In this document: in pieces, positions 51,325 to 62,560 of the stretch
Layout: the number at the start of each line of letters is the position of its first letter
How positions within the stretch are numbered: the first letter of the stretch is position 1
Assembly (NCBI GenBank): GCA_963674755.2
Contig: CAXXVS010000003.1
Span: 2,720,001-2,784,000 of the forward strand
Length of the DNA: 64,000 nucleotides
Source: Desulfobacterales bacterium
Lineage (GTDB): Bacteria > Desulfobacterota > Desulfobacteria > Desulfobacterales > UBA5852
Direction: 5' to 3'
Program-made: the position numbers and the translations under genes
The notes under the pieces: generated by a model
Seen by the model: only the letters and a program-made list of their open reading frames with translations
Database searches by the model: none
Told to the model about the DNA's origin: nothing

Positions 51325-52596
51325 ATGATCACACGGATCCAAGCATTAAATTATCGATGCTTAAAGTACGTAGACCAAGCTTTGGGTCCGTTTCATGTCC
51401 TTGTCGGCCCCAATGCTACGGGTAAGACTACATTTCTTGATGTGGTTGGGCTTCTTCATGATGTTGTAAATAATGGCCCAGCCCAGGCTCTCAACGAGCG
51501 AACAAGAGACTATAAAGATTTGCTATTTGGTGGCACTGGCAATTGTTTCGAATTAGCTGTTGAAGCTCAAATTCCAGAAGATCGTAGAAGGAAAATAGAG
51601 AAGCCTGAATTAGATACAGCTCGATATGAACTCTCTTTGGGATTTTCTGAGGGTTCGGAGGAGGCATCAATTCTCGCTGAGAAACTGCTGATCCTCAAGT
51701 CAAAGCCAAAAGAAAGAGTTTGTCAAACCGAACTTTTTCCATGTTCAGTTGATCCACCTAAAACCATCATATCTCCTAAAACCGTTATTGGGGCCAAGAC
51801 TATTCTGAATAAGATGCCGGGAGGAAATGATAATTTTCAACCAGAAACAGAAAGTGCAAAAGGCAAACGATGGGTCTATTCTTTTAAGCTCGGCCCAGGC
51901 AAATCATCGCTTGGTAATTTACCAGAAGATGAAGAGAAGTTCCCTGTCGCAACTTGGTTTAGAGACCTTCTTGGTGAAGGCGTGCAGCGCTTCATTCTTA
52001 ATAGTACCTTAATGAAGAAGGCCAGCCCTCCAAGCAAAACGAAGGGTTTTCTTACCGATGGTTCAAATTTGCCTTGGGTAATTGCCAGGTTAAAGTCGAG
52101 ATCACCCGAGCTTTATAAGGACTGGATAAGCCATTTACAAACTGCTTTACCTGATTTGGAAGGGATCAAAACGATAGAACGAGAAGATGATAGACACTGC
52201 TATTTGGTGTTTAAATATAAGGGTGGATTTCAAGTTCCATCTTGGGTCGCATCAGATGGTACTTTGCGACTATTGGCCCTCACCTTGCCAGCATATATGG
52301 GCAACTTCAGAGGTGTGTATCTTATTGAAGAGCCCGAAAATGGTATACATCCAAAGGCTGCAGAAACTGTATTTCAGTCCCTTTCATCTGTTTACGACGC
52401 CCAAATTTTGCTTGCTACACATTCACCGGTCATCCTTAGCCTTATTGACAAAGATGAGGTGAAGAAAGTGCTCTGTTTTGCAAAGACACCCCAAGGGGCA
52501 ACCGACATTGTTACAGGTGATAAACATCCAAAGCTTAGAGATTGGACCGGTGATCCAAATATCTCTCTGCTATTTGCCGGCGGAGTACTCGGATAA
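51325..52596 (+). CDS. AAA_15/AAA_21-type ABC ATPase, resembling MADS protein MAD3
   Basis: GPNATGKT, SDGTLR, LIEEPENGIHP, ATHSP; AT-rich codon usage. Confidence 0.8.
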   Translation: MITRIQALNYRCLKYVDQALGPFHVLVGPNATGKTTFLDVVGLLHDVVNNGPAQALNERTRDYKDLLFGGTGNCFELAVEAQIPEDRRRKIEKPELDTARYELSLGFSEGSEEASILAEKLLILKSKPKERVCQTELFPCSVDPPKTIISPKTVIGAKTILNKMPGGNDNFQPETESAKGKRWVYSFKLGPGKSSLGNLPEDEEKFPVATWFRDLLGEGVQRFILNSTLMKKASPPSKTKGFLTDGSNLPWVIARLKSRSPELYKDWISHLQTALPDLEGIKTIEREDDRHCYLVFKYKGGFQVPSWVASDGTLRLLALTLPAYMGNFRGVYLIEEPENGIHPKAAETVFQSLSSVYDAQILLATHSPVILSLIDKDEVKKVLCFAKTPQGATDIVTGDKHPKLRDWTGDPNISLLFAGGVLG

Positions 52597-53219
52597 TGGA
52601 TCTTGTGGCTCTCGTGCCTGATCAAGATTATGAGAAAGCTCTTGAGGGATTATTTCTGAGGCATCAGGCTCTTGGGATACGGCCTATTACCTTTACCTAC
52701 TATCGCCATCCCAATCGTGATGCGGGATGCAGAGCTAAGTGTACCTCCTTTCTTCGGCCTTTTATAGATCAATTTGATTATGCTCTCGTTATGTTCGACT
52801 TTGAAGGTTCAGGGGCTGAAAACCATGCTCGGGAACACATTGAAATTGGCATCGAAACTGACTTAGCCCGTAATGGTTGGGCTGAACGCTCTGCAGTCAT
52901 TGTTGTTGAGCCAGAAATAGAGGCTTGGGTATGGAGTGACTCCTGTTCTGTCGACGAAATCTTGAATTGGCGAGGGCACCAGCCAGAAATTCGGACAATG
53001 ATAAAGGATCGAACTGCTTACTGGACAGACGAGAACCCGAAGCCTCACAGACCGAAAGAGGCGCTGAGATGGGCATTGCGGCATGCTGAAAGACCAAAGC
53101 CTTTTTCGTCTGCAATATTCAAGGACTTGGCCACAAAGGTGAGTTTCAATCGTTGTATTGATCCTTCATTTGACAAGTTAAGGACCACTCTGACAGCTTG
53201 GTTTGGAAATGAGGTGTAA
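52596..53219 (+). CDS. TOPRIM/RloB-like partner protein, resembling MADS protein MAD4
   Basis: DLVALVPD, LGIRPI, HPNRDAGC, MFDFEGSG, PEIEAWVWSD, DPSFDKL; TAATG coupling to the ATPase. Confidence 0.7.
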   Translation: MDLVALVPDQDYEKALEGLFLRHQALGIRPITFTYYRHPNRDAGCRAKCTSFLRPFIDQFDYALVMFDFEGSGAENHAREHIEIGIETDLARNGWAERSAVIVVEPEIEAWVWSDSCSVDEILNWRGHQPEIRTMIKDRTAYWTDENPKPHRPKEALRWALRHAERPKPFSSAIFKDLATKVSFNRCIDPSFDKLRTTLTAWFGNEV

Positions 53220-53322
53220 ATATAGGGGTACTAAAAAATCCCGGCGGTACACGTCGACAAAATGTCGGCCTATTTGTCAAGTTTCAAGACAAACCACGCC
53301 CGGACCTGAAGAACCCACAAAC

Positions 53323-53355
53323 AAAAAAGCGGCCACCCCTTGAGGTGAGCCGCTT
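53323..53355 (-). terminator. Intrinsic terminator downstream of tRNA-Pro
   Basis: AAGCGG...CACC-loop-GGTG...CCGCTT hairpin; the A-run is a U-tract on the minus strand. Confidence 0.7.
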
Positions 53356-53371
53356 ATTTGTTTAAACTGAA

Positions 53372-53449
<78 letters not shown>

Positions 53450-53461
53450 ACGCAAAGAGGC

Positions 53462-53490
53462 CATTTAGCACTTCGACCTATGGCTGTCAA
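53462..53490 (-). promoter_or_regulatory. Putative tRNA promoter TTGACA-17-TAAATG with extended TG
   Basis: tgtcaa at 53485-53490; catttagca at 53462-53470. Confidence 0.55.
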
Positions 53491-53500
53491 CCGGAGAATC

Positions 53501-54433
53501 ATGCCATTCAAATCGCAGACCGATAACCTGAATCACCCCGTCCTGCCGCCGCGCCTGAAAGCCGGCGACACCATCGGCATCGCGGCGCCTTCCGGCCCTT
53601 TTGACAAATCGCTTTTTGAAAAGGGCATGGACGTCTTGCGGGGCATGGGCTTCAAGGTCCATGTGCCGGAGGCGGTATACCAGCGGGAGGGCTTTTTGGC
53701 CGGACCGGACGAGGTGCGGGCCAAAGTGCTCAACGCCCTTTTTGCCGACCCGTCCATCCAGGGGATCGTGTGCGCCCGGGGGGGCTACGGCGCGACACGC
53801 GTGCTGCCTCATCTGGACTGGGAAACCATCCGCCGTCACCCGAAAGTGTTTGTGGGATTCAGCGACATCACGGTGCTGCACTGGGCCTTGCGGGCGCGGG
53901 CCGGGCTGGTGACTTTCCACGGTCCCATGGGCACCACCCTGGGGAAGACGCCGGAACACTACCGCGTCCTCCTGCGACAGGCCCTCATGTTCGATGCGCC
54001 GGTGGACCTGGCCCCTCCCAAAGTGACGGTGCTGAACCACGGCAAGGCGGCAGGGCCGGTGGTGGGGGGCAATCTGACTCTGCTCAGCCATTTGGTGGGA
54101 ACGCCCTATCCGCCGCGTTTTGATGGAAGCCTGCTGTTCATCGAGGATGTCAGCGAAGCGCCCTACCGTCTGGATCGCATGCTGGTGCAGATGACCCTGG
54201 CGGGCTGCTTCGAAGGGGTGGCCGGGCTCGTGCTGGGGAAGTTCCGGGATTGCGGTGCGGACGCGGAAATTCACGATGTCTTCATGCGGACCTTCGGCCC
54301 CCTGGGCATTCCGGTGGTGGCCGGGTTCCCCATCGGGCACGGGGAGAACAATGCGACCCTGCCCATGGGGCTGATCGCCCGTCTCACCACCCGGCCGGCG
54401 CGGCTGGCCTATCAGGAGGCGGCGACGGTGTAA
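53501..54433 (+). CDS. LD-carboxypeptidase (peptidase S66)
   Basis: RGGYG, GFSDIT, GGNL, FIEDVSE, GHG. Confidence 0.92.
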   Translation: MPFKSQTDNLNHPVLPPRLKAGDTIGIAAPSGPFDKSLFEKGMDVLRGMGFKVHVPEAVYQREGFLAGPDEVRAKVLNALFADPSIQGIVCARGGYGATRVLPHLDWETIRRHPKVFVGFSDITVLHWALRARAGLVTFHGPMGTTLGKTPEHYRVLLRQALMFDAPVDLAPPKVTVLNHGKAAGPVVGGNLTLLSHLVGTPYPPRFDGSLLFIEDVSEAPYRLDRMLVQMTLAGCFEGVAGLVLGKFRDCGADAEIHDVFMRTFGPLGIPVVAGFPIGHGENNATLPMGLIARLTTRPARLAYQEAATV

Positions 54434-54559
54434 GCAAGGGGTCAAGGATTCGAGGATTCAAGTGAACCGATTAAAAGATATACGGACCATAGGCGTAAGG
54501 TGATGAAGCGCCTAAAGCCGCAAAACTCTGACACCATAAAACGCTAAAACTTTCTTCCC

Positions 54560-55663
54560 ATGCCCCATTCCCTCCCACCCGATAAAAACGCCGTCCGAGG
54601 ATTGATGCGCCAGGCCATCGCCGACGGGATCTTTCCGGGGGCTGTGCTCCTGGTGGCCCGCGACGAAGAGATCCTTTTGCACGAGGCCTGGGGGACAGCC
54701 GACCTTTCCGCGGGGCGGGCGGTCACCGTGGAAACCGTCTTCGATCTGGCCTCCCTTACCAAACCCCTGGCCACCACGCTGGCCGTGATGCGACTGGTCC
54801 GACAGGGCTTGCTGGAACTGGAAACGCCCCTGGCGACCGTGCTGCCCGTCATGGCGGGCACCGCTAAGGCCGGGGTGACCGTGCGCCAGTTGCTGAGCCA
54901 CGCTTCGGGCTGGCCGGCCTGGCAGCCCTATTTCGAGCGGCTGCGCGCGCTGCCGGAAGGAGAGCGCCGTGCGCGGCTGGCCCGCTACCTGGCCGAAGAG
55001 CCCCTGGCGGCGGCGCCGGGAGAGGTTTTTTTGTACAGCGATCTTGACTTCCTCGCGTTGGGCCTGATGGTGGAGGCCTGCAGCGGCATGCGTCTGGATC
55101 GTTTTGTCCGGCAGGCGGTTTACCGGCCATTGGGCATTGACGACCTTTTCTTCAATCCGCTGGACGAAGCGCCGGCCGCGCGGCGTTATGCCGCCACCGA
55201 GCAATGCCCCTGGCGGGGCCGGGTGCTGAGCGGCGCCGTGCACGACGACAACGCCTATACCCTCAACGGCGTGGCCGGCCATGCCGGTCTTTTCGGAACA
55301 GCCGCGGCTGTCTGGAGCCTGCTGCAGGCGCTGCTGCGCATCTATCGTGGCGAGGACGATGCCGCCTGGATTCCCCGATCCCTGGTGCAGACCATGTGGA
55401 CACGGATGGACCGTTCCGACTGGGCTCTGGGATTCGATACCCCCGCGGCGCACGGCTCGAGCAGCGGCCGCCATTTTTCATCCCGCAGCGTGGGGCATCT
55501 GGGGTTTACCGGGACCTCCTTCTGGCTGGATCTCGACCGCAGAATTGCCGTAATGCTCCTGACCAACCGGGTGCACCCCTCCCGCGCGAACGTGCGGATC
55601 AGGGAATTCCGTCCCCGCATCCATGATGCTATTATGGAATGGTTGTTGCAGCTTGCTCCCTGA
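54560..55663 (+). CDS. Serine hydrolase, beta-lactamase-like family
   Basis: FDLASLTK (SxxK), LLSHASG, YSD, VHDDNA, GHAGLFG, GHLGFTG. Confidence 0.9.
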   Translation: MPHSLPPDKNAVRGLMRQAIADGIFPGAVLLVARDEEILLHEAWGTADLSAGRAVTVETVFDLASLTKPLATTLAVMRLVRQGLLELETPLATVLPVMAGTAKAGVTVRQLLSHASGWPAWQPYFERLRALPEGERRARLARYLAEEPLAAAPGEVFLYSDLDFLALGLMVEACSGMRLDRFVRQAVYRPLGIDDLFFNPLDEAPAARRYAATEQCPWRGRVLSGAVHDDNAYTLNGVAGHAGLFGTAAAVWSLLQALLRIYRGEDDAAWIPRSLVQTMWTRMDRSDWALGFDTPAAHGSSSGRHFSSRSVGHLGFTGTSFWLDLDRRIAVMLLTNRVHPSRANVRIREFRPRIHDAIMEWLLQLAP

Positions 55664-55993
55664 CATTGTCGGAAATACCAGCTTGAACGCCTCGTGGGAC
55701 AGGTGGGGCAGGGCGTGCCGGGTTCTTGCTAATCAGGCCTCAGGCGCGATCAAGATAACCCCCAATCCTTTGCGGAAGTTCTAAGCGAGCGTCATTCCAT
55801 TGACCTTTGGTGCGGCGATTCTGACACGATAATAAGTGTTGTAACCCCGGATAATTTTTGCTATCAATTCAGGGTTATATTATGATTTTATATAAAAAAG
55901 TATACGGCGTTAGACAGCCATGCGGCCGCGCAGGCCGCCTTAACCTTTGAGCGTTTCCGGCCGCCACCATCGGCGCGGCGGCCCGAAAGGTGA

Positions 55994-57040
<1,047 letters not shown>

Positions 57041-57045
57041 CTTTC

Positions 57046-57879
57046 ATGTTTTCAAAAAAGACGGTGGTGATCATCGGCGTTTTTTTTCTGATCATCGCCA
57101 ACATCCTGATTCTGTCCATTATCGGTCAGCGCTACCCGACGTCCGGTCCCGGTGGTTTTACCATTTCCCTGCTGGCGCCCTTCCAGGAGGCGATCGCCAG
57201 TTCTTCCCGTTTTATCAAAGGCATCTGGCGGCATTACTTTAGTCTCGTTCAGGCTTCGGAAGAAAACGACCGGCTCAAAAAGCAGCTCAACCGGGCCGAG
57301 GAAATGAAAAACGCGTGGGTCGAAGCCCGCCTGGCCAACGACCGCCTGCGACGGCTGATGGGCATGGGCCAGGCCTTTGCCCAGCAGGTGGTCTACGCCG
57401 AAGTCATCGGCCGGGATCCCACGGCCTGGTTTAAAACCATCATCATCGACAAGGGCGCCAAGGACAATGTGGCCGTGGGCATGCCGGTGGCGGTGCCCGA
57501 AGGGATTGTCGGCCAGATCGTGGATGTTTCCGGCCATTATGCCAAAGTGCTCCTGATCGTGGATCAGAACAGCGCCGTGGACGCCCTGGTGCAGCGCACC
57601 CGGGCGCGGGGGATCCTCAAGGGCGAGTTTGCGGATCAATGCCGGCTGGAGTATGTGCTGCGCAAGGAAGACGTGCGGATGGGAGACGTGATCGTCACGT
57701 CGGGTCTGGACGACGTCTTCCCCAAAGGGCTGCGCATCGGGGAGATCAAGGATATTTCCGGCGCGCCCACGGAAATGTTTTACACGATCACGGTGGCGCC
57801 CTTCGTGGATTTCGAGAAGCTGGAGGATTTGTTGATCCTGCCGGCACCCGAAAAGATGGTTCCGGGGGACAACAAGTGA
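57046..57879 (+). CDS. mreC: Rod shape-determining protein MreC
   Basis: TM + coiled coil, IIDKG, VTSGLD.VFPKG; synteny. Confidence 0.93.
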   Translation: MFSKKTVVIIGVFFLIIANILILSIIGQRYPTSGPGGFTISLLAPFQEAIASSSRFIKGIWRHYFSLVQASEENDRLKKQLNRAEEMKNAWVEARLANDRLRRLMGMGQAFAQQVVYAEVIGRDPTAWFKTIIIDKGAKDNVAVGMPVAVPEGIVGQIVDVSGHYAKVLLIVDQNSAVDALVQRTRARGILKGEFADQCRLEYVLRKEDVRMGDVIVTSGLDDVFPKGLRIGEIKDISGAPTEMFYTITVAPFVDFEKLEDLLILPAPEKMVPGDNK

Positions 57880-58406
57880 CCTACCTGTTCCATATCGGGG
57901 TCTGTCTGATGCTGGTCATTTTCCAGACGGCCGTTAAGCCCCAGATCCTTCTGCTGGCCGGTTTCTATGATGTCTTGACGGCCTATGTCATCTACCTGGG
58001 GCTGTTCCACCGGGTGCGGGAGGTTTGGCCGATCATCCTGATATCGGGCCTGGTCATGGACACCATCTCGGGAGGTCCCATGGGCTTGTTCCTGACCTCC
58101 TATCTCTGGATATTTTTGTTGACGCGCTGGACCACCCGCCTTCTCCATCAGGATAATCTGGTCCTGCATATTTTTATCGTGGCGGCGGGTGTCGTTTTCC
58201 AGACCGGGGTCTATGTGGGCACGACCTTTCTCCTGGACAAGGCGACCCTTTTTGCGGCCCCGACGCTGGATGTCGCCCTGACCCAGGTCCTGTGGGCGCT
58301 GGGGACCGGCGCGATTTTGTTACAGCTTTTTCGTCGCTCCCACCGTGTGTGGGAGCAGTTTTTGAATGCCTATTTCGTACGCGAATCGGCCCAGGGGAGC
58401 GGATGA
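57876..58406 (+). CDS. mreD: Rod shape-determining protein MreD
   Basis: GTG start overlapping the mreC stop; hydrophobic; GLVMDTISGGPMG; synteny. Confidence 0.82.
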   Translation: MTYLFHIGVCLMLVIFQTAVKPQILLLAGFYDVLTAYVIYLGLFHRVREVWPIILISGLVMDTISGGPMGLFLTSYLWIFLLTRWTTRLLHQDNLVLHIFIVAAGVVFQTGVYVGTTFLLDKATLFAAPTLDVALTQVLWALGTGAILLQLFRRSHRVWEQFLNAYFVRESAQGSG

Positions 58407-58460
58407 GCCCCCGGATAGCACCATCAGCCATCGGCAGCGCGAGCGGAGGCTGCGATAGCC

Positions 58461-60329
58461 ATGTCCAAATATCTTAAAACCGTCGACAGCGAGTGGTTTC
58501 GACAACGCCTGACCCGGGTCATGCTGTGCGTCAGCCTGGCCGCCCTGATTTTGGTGCTGCGATTGATCTACCTGCAGATCATCAAGGGGCAGGAATACCG
58601 TCGCATGTCGGTCAACAACAGTATTCGACTGCAGAGCATCGATGCGCCGCGCGGCCTCATTTTCGACCGGCAGGGCAACCTGCTGGTCGAAAATCGGCCG
58701 TCCTTCGACCTTTACATCAGCCTCAAGGATGCCCGCCCGGTGGGCCAGACCCTTGACCGCCTGGCCGTGCATGCCGCCTTGCCGGTGGACGAACTGGCCG
58801 CCCAGGTGAGCGGCGTGCGGGGGGCGGCCTATTACCAGCCCCAACTCCTCAAGCGCGACATCGGCCGCGACAAACTGGCGGTGGTGGCCTCCCGCCGTTA
58901 CGATCTGCCCGGTATCGACATCCAGATTCAGCGGCTGCGCAATTACATTCACAGCGGCCTGGCGGCCCATCTGTTGGGCTACATCGGTGAGATCAGCACC
59001 AAAGAGCTTCAGCGCGGCGTCTATGCCGGCTGCCGGGCCGGCGACCTGATCGGGAAATTCGGTGTTGAAAAATCCCTGGGATCCTACCTGCGGGGTGAGC
59101 GCGGGGGGCGCCAGGTGGAGGTAAACGCCAACGGCCAGGTCGTGCAGGTGCTCCGGACGGTGCCCGCCCGCAACGGCCACAATGTTTTCCTCACCATCGA
59201 CAGCCGCCTGCAGCAGCGGGCGGAAGAGCTGCTGAAGGACAGCGCCGGCGCGGCCGTGGCCCTGGACCCCAACACGGGCGAAGTCCTGGCCCTGGCCAGC
59301 AGCCCGGCCTTCGACCAGAACGATTTCATCACCGGCCTCAGCCGCGACAAGTGGAATGCGCTTGTCAACAATCCTCTGCGTCCGTTGGAAAACAAGGCCA
59401 TCCAGGGGGAATATCCACCAGCCTCGACCTATAAGATCCTCGTGGCCATGGCCGGGCTCCAGGAGGGGGTCATCGCCGCCAATGACATTCTTTTCTGCCC
59501 CGGCTATTATCATTTCGGCAACCGTAATTACCGCTGCTGGCGACGCGGCGGCCACGGCTCGGTGGACCTGAACAAGGCCATTGCGCAATCTTGCGACGTT
59601 TACTTCTACCAGGTCGGTCAACGCCTCGGTATCGACCGGCTGGCTTGGTATGCCAAGGCTGCCGGCCTGGGGTCGAAGACCGGTATCGAACTCGATCATG
59701 AGGGCAACGGCCTGGTGCCTACGGCGGCCTGGAAGAAGAAGCGCACCGGCATAGCGTGGCAGCCCGGGGAGACCTTGTCCGTGGCCATCGGACAGGGCTT
59801 CAATCTGGTCACCCCGCTCCAGATGGCGGTTTTTTCGGCGGCCGTGGCCAATGGCGGGGTGCGCTACCGACCGACCCTGGTCAAGCGCGTGGTGTCCTGG
59901 GACGGTCAGACGGTTTTGGAAAATGCCCCCCGGGTGGCCGGCCGTCTGCCCGTATCGGCGGCGAACCTCAATCTGGTGAAGCAGGGGATGTGGGAGGTGG
60001 TGCAGGGCGACCGCGGCACGGCCCGTATTGCTCGGCTGAAAGGAATCGATGTCAGCGGTAAAACCGGCACGGCTCAGGTGGTGAACAGGGAGACGGCCGA
60101 AGAGAGCGAAGGTGGTGAGAAAGTCCGCAAATACCTGGATCATGCCTGGTTTATCGCCTACGCCCCCTCTGAAAAGCCCCAGATTGCGATCGCGGTCATC
60201 GTGGAGCACGGCGAACACGGCTCCAGTGCGGCCGCCCCCGTGGCACGGGAGCTGATCAAAACCTATCTCGAAGAAGGACCCGCAGCGCCGGTGGTGGCCG
60301 GTGGCGCAGGGAAACCGAACCATGGTTGA
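58461..60329 (+). CDS. mrdA: Penicillin-binding protein 2
   Basis: APRGLIFDR, STYK, SCD, KTGTAQ. Confidence 0.95.
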   Translation: MSKYLKTVDSEWFRQRLTRVMLCVSLAALILVLRLIYLQIIKGQEYRRMSVNNSIRLQSIDAPRGLIFDRQGNLLVENRPSFDLYISLKDARPVGQTLDRLAVHAALPVDELAAQVSGVRGAAYYQPQLLKRDIGRDKLAVVASRRYDLPGIDIQIQRLRNYIHSGLAAHLLGYIGEISTKELQRGVYAGCRAGDLIGKFGVEKSLGSYLRGERGGRQVEVNANGQVVQVLRTVPARNGHNVFLTIDSRLQQRAEELLKDSAGAAVALDPNTGEVLALASSPAFDQNDFITGLSRDKWNALVNNPLRPLENKAIQGEYPPASTYKILVAMAGLQEGVIAANDILFCPGYYHFGNRNYRCWRRGGHGSVDLNKAIAQSCDVYFYQVGQRLGIDRLAWYAKAAGLGSKTGIELDHEGNGLVPTAAWKKKRTGIAWQPGETLSVAIGQGFNLVTPLQMAVFSAAVANGGVRYRPTLVKRVVSWDGQTVLENAPRVAGRLPVSAANLNLVKQGMWEVVQGDRGTARIARLKGIDVSGKTGTAQVVNRETAEESEGGEKVRKYLDHAWFIAYAPSEKPQIAIAVIVEHGEHGSSAAAPVARELIKTYLEEGPAAPVVAGGAGKPNHG

Positions 60330-61428
60330 TCGTCGTTATCTGACCTATTTTGACTGGGGCCTGCTGGCCCTGACCTTTCTGCTGGCCACCTTCGGGTTGA
60401 TCACCCTCTACAGTGCGGTGATGGCCGGGGTTCCGACCCCCCAGGAAGCGCTTTTTAGCAAGCAGCTCATATGGTACGGCATCGGGCTGGTGGTGATGCT
60501 CGTGTGCGTGATTTTCAACTATAAACTGATGGAACGCTATGCCTGGCTGATATACAGCGGTGCGGTGGGGCTCCTCCTGTGGGTCATGTTTTTCGGCCGG
60601 TATGTCAGCGGGTCCCAGCGCTGGATTGTCCTCGGGCCGTTGTCGCTGCAACCTTCGGAATTGGCCAAGATCGCCGTGATTATTATCCTGGCCCGCCACT
60701 ATGCCAAATTCGTGTCCGGCCGCGGCTTTTCGTTGAAAGGTCTGCTCGTCCCGGTCCTCATGACCATGGTGCCCTTCCTGCTCATCGTCCGTCAGCCCGA
60801 TTTGGGCACGGCCGGATTGATCGGCCTGATCGCGGCCTCCATGACCCTGTTTGTGAAGATCGAAAGGCGCTCCCTGATGGTCATTGTCGGCAGCGGCATT
60901 GCCATGGCGCTGCCCATGTGGTTCTTTTTTCTGAAAGAGTACCAGCGCCAGCGCATCCTTACCTTTATAAATCCCGATCGGGATCCCCTGGGAGCCGGCT
61001 ACCATATCATCCAGTCCAAGATTGCCATCGGATCCGGTTTTTTAACTGGGAAGGGGTTTCTGCAGGGCACCCAGAATGCCCTGTCTTTCCTGCCTGAACA
61101 GCACACCGATTTCATTTTTTCCGTGCTGGCTGAGGAGTGGGGCTTCATGGGCGCCATGATCCTCATTTTGGCGTTCCTGGCATTCATCTTCTGGAGTTTG
61201 AACATTGCTTACAGCTGCCGTGATCCCTTTGGGACGATCCTGGCGGTTGGCATTACCGCGATGCTTGCCTGGCAGGCGGTGATCAATATGGGCATGGTGA
61301 TGGGGCTGATGCCGGTGGTGGGGGTGCCGCTGCCGTTTATCAGCTATGGCGGCTCGTCGCTGCTGACGACGATGATTTGTGTCGGGATTTTATTGAACAT
61401 CAGCATGCGCCGGTTTATGATTGAATAA
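60322..61428 (+). CDS. rodA: Rod shape-determining protein RodA
   Basis: QPSELAK, QPDLGT, LPEQHTDF, LPFISYGGS. Confidence 0.95.
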   Translation: MVDRRYLTYFDWGLLALTFLLATFGLITLYSAVMAGVPTPQEALFSKQLIWYGIGLVVMLVCVIFNYKLMERYAWLIYSGAVGLLLWVMFFGRYVSGSQRWIVLGPLSLQPSELAKIAVIIILARHYAKFVSGRGFSLKGLLVPVLMTMVPFLLIVRQPDLGTAGLIGLIAASMTLFVKIERRSLMVIVGSGIAMALPMWFFFLKEYQRQRILTFINPDRDPLGAGYHIIQSKIAIGSGFLTGKGFLQGTQNALSFLPEQHTDFIFSVLAEEWGFMGAMILILAFLAFIFWSLNIAYSCRDPFGTILAVGITAMLAWQAVINMGMVMGLMPVVGVPLPFISYGGSSLLTTMICVGILLNISMRRFMIE

Positions 61429-61473
61429 TTTTTTGGGGGTTCGTCAGGCGGACGCCAATCTGGAGAGCGAGTC

Positions 61474-61899
61474 ATGAAGAAACGGACGGAAAAAGAACGA
61501 CATGCGGATTCGATCACCACGCTGCTCGGGGAAGATGCCCGAATCGAAGGCCATCTCGATTTTGGGGGCACGCTGCGGCTGGACGGTAAACTGGAGGGGA
61601 CGCTGTCCGGGCGCAACGGTACGCTCATCGTCGGTGAAAAAGCCGTTTTGAAAGCGCAGATTACGGTCAAAAATGCCATTGTGATGGGCACCGTGACCGG
61701 GTCGGTGGAAGCGCTCGAAAAAATCGAGCTCTATCCGCCGGGCAAGGTCGACGGGGACATAACGGCTCCCAAAGTGACCATTGAGTCCGGGGCGATTCTC
61801 AACGGAAAATGCCTCATGAAGGCACCGGATATCCACAAGGAGAAGCCCGCCCTGAAGGTGGCGGCGGAGGGCAAAGGTGCGCCTGCGAACGGCCGTTGA
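61474..61899 (+). CDS. Bactofilin (polymer-forming cytoskeletal protein)
   Basis: Beta-helix repeats IEGHL, LRLDG, VTGSV, IESGAILNG. Confidence 0.88.
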   Translation: MKKRTEKERHADSITTLLGEDARIEGHLDFGGTLRLDGKLEGTLSGRNGTLIVGEKAVLKAQITVKNAIVMGTVTGSVEALEKIELYPPGKVDGDITAPKVTIESGAILNGKCLMKAPDIHKEKPALKVAAEGKGAPANGR

Positions 61900-61913
61900 G
61901 GCCAAAAAAACTT

Positions 61914-61943
61914 TTGACATTCCGCGATGACTGATGCTATAGG
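61914..61943 (+). promoter_or_regulatory. Putative atp operon promoter TTGACA...TGCTATAGG
   Basis: -35 at 61914-61919; extended -10 at 61935-61943. Confidence 0.5.
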
Positions 61944-62017
61944 ACGCCGGAGTAAAAATTGCGCATGGAGGAGAATCACAAGATAGCGTAACCGTAAGAA
62001 ATTCATAAATATCTGCT

Positions 62018-62560
62018 ATGGAGGGGCTCGATATGATTTGTTCTGGTTTATACCGGAAACGTTTTGCTGTGCCTGCACTATCCCTATCCTTCCTTTTTCT
62101 TGCCTTTAGCGGCGAGGCCTTCGCCGCCGGTATTACGGTCATTCCCAATTGGACGACATTCATCCAAGCCGCAAACTTCATCGTTTTAGTATTCATTCTT
62201 AATATCGTTCTTTATCGTCCGATCCGGAATATCCTTATTCAACGCAAGGAAAAGATTGAAGGTCTCGAACAGACGGTCGAGAATGCCACCGGTGATTTAG
62301 CCGAAAAGGAAGCGACTTATGCCTCCGGCATCCGGGAAGCGCGTAAAAAGGGTTTGCAAGAAAAAGACGCCCTCGTCAATGCAGCCTCCGAGGAGGAAAA
62401 AGCCATCATTGATCGAATCAATGCCGAGGCTCTGGCCGAATTGAACACCGTAAAAGCAAAAGTGGCCAAGGAAGTCGATGTGGCAAGGAGCGCCTTGCTG
62501 AAAGAAGTCGACAGCTTTGCCAATGAGATCGGTGTAAAAATATTAGGGAGGGCTGTTTGA
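62018..62560 (+). CDS. ATP synthase F0 subunit b'
   Basis: TFIQAANFIVLVFILNIVLYRPI followed by coiled coil; start uncertain. Confidence 0.85.
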   Translation: MEGLDMICSGLYRKRFAVPALSLSFLFLAFSGEAFAAGITVIPNWTTFIQAANFIVLVFILNIVLYRPIRNILIQRKEKIEGLEQTVENATGDLAEKEATYASGIREARKKGLQEKDALVNAASEEEKAIIDRINAEALAELNTVKAKVAKEVDVARSALLKEVDSFANEIGVKILGRAV

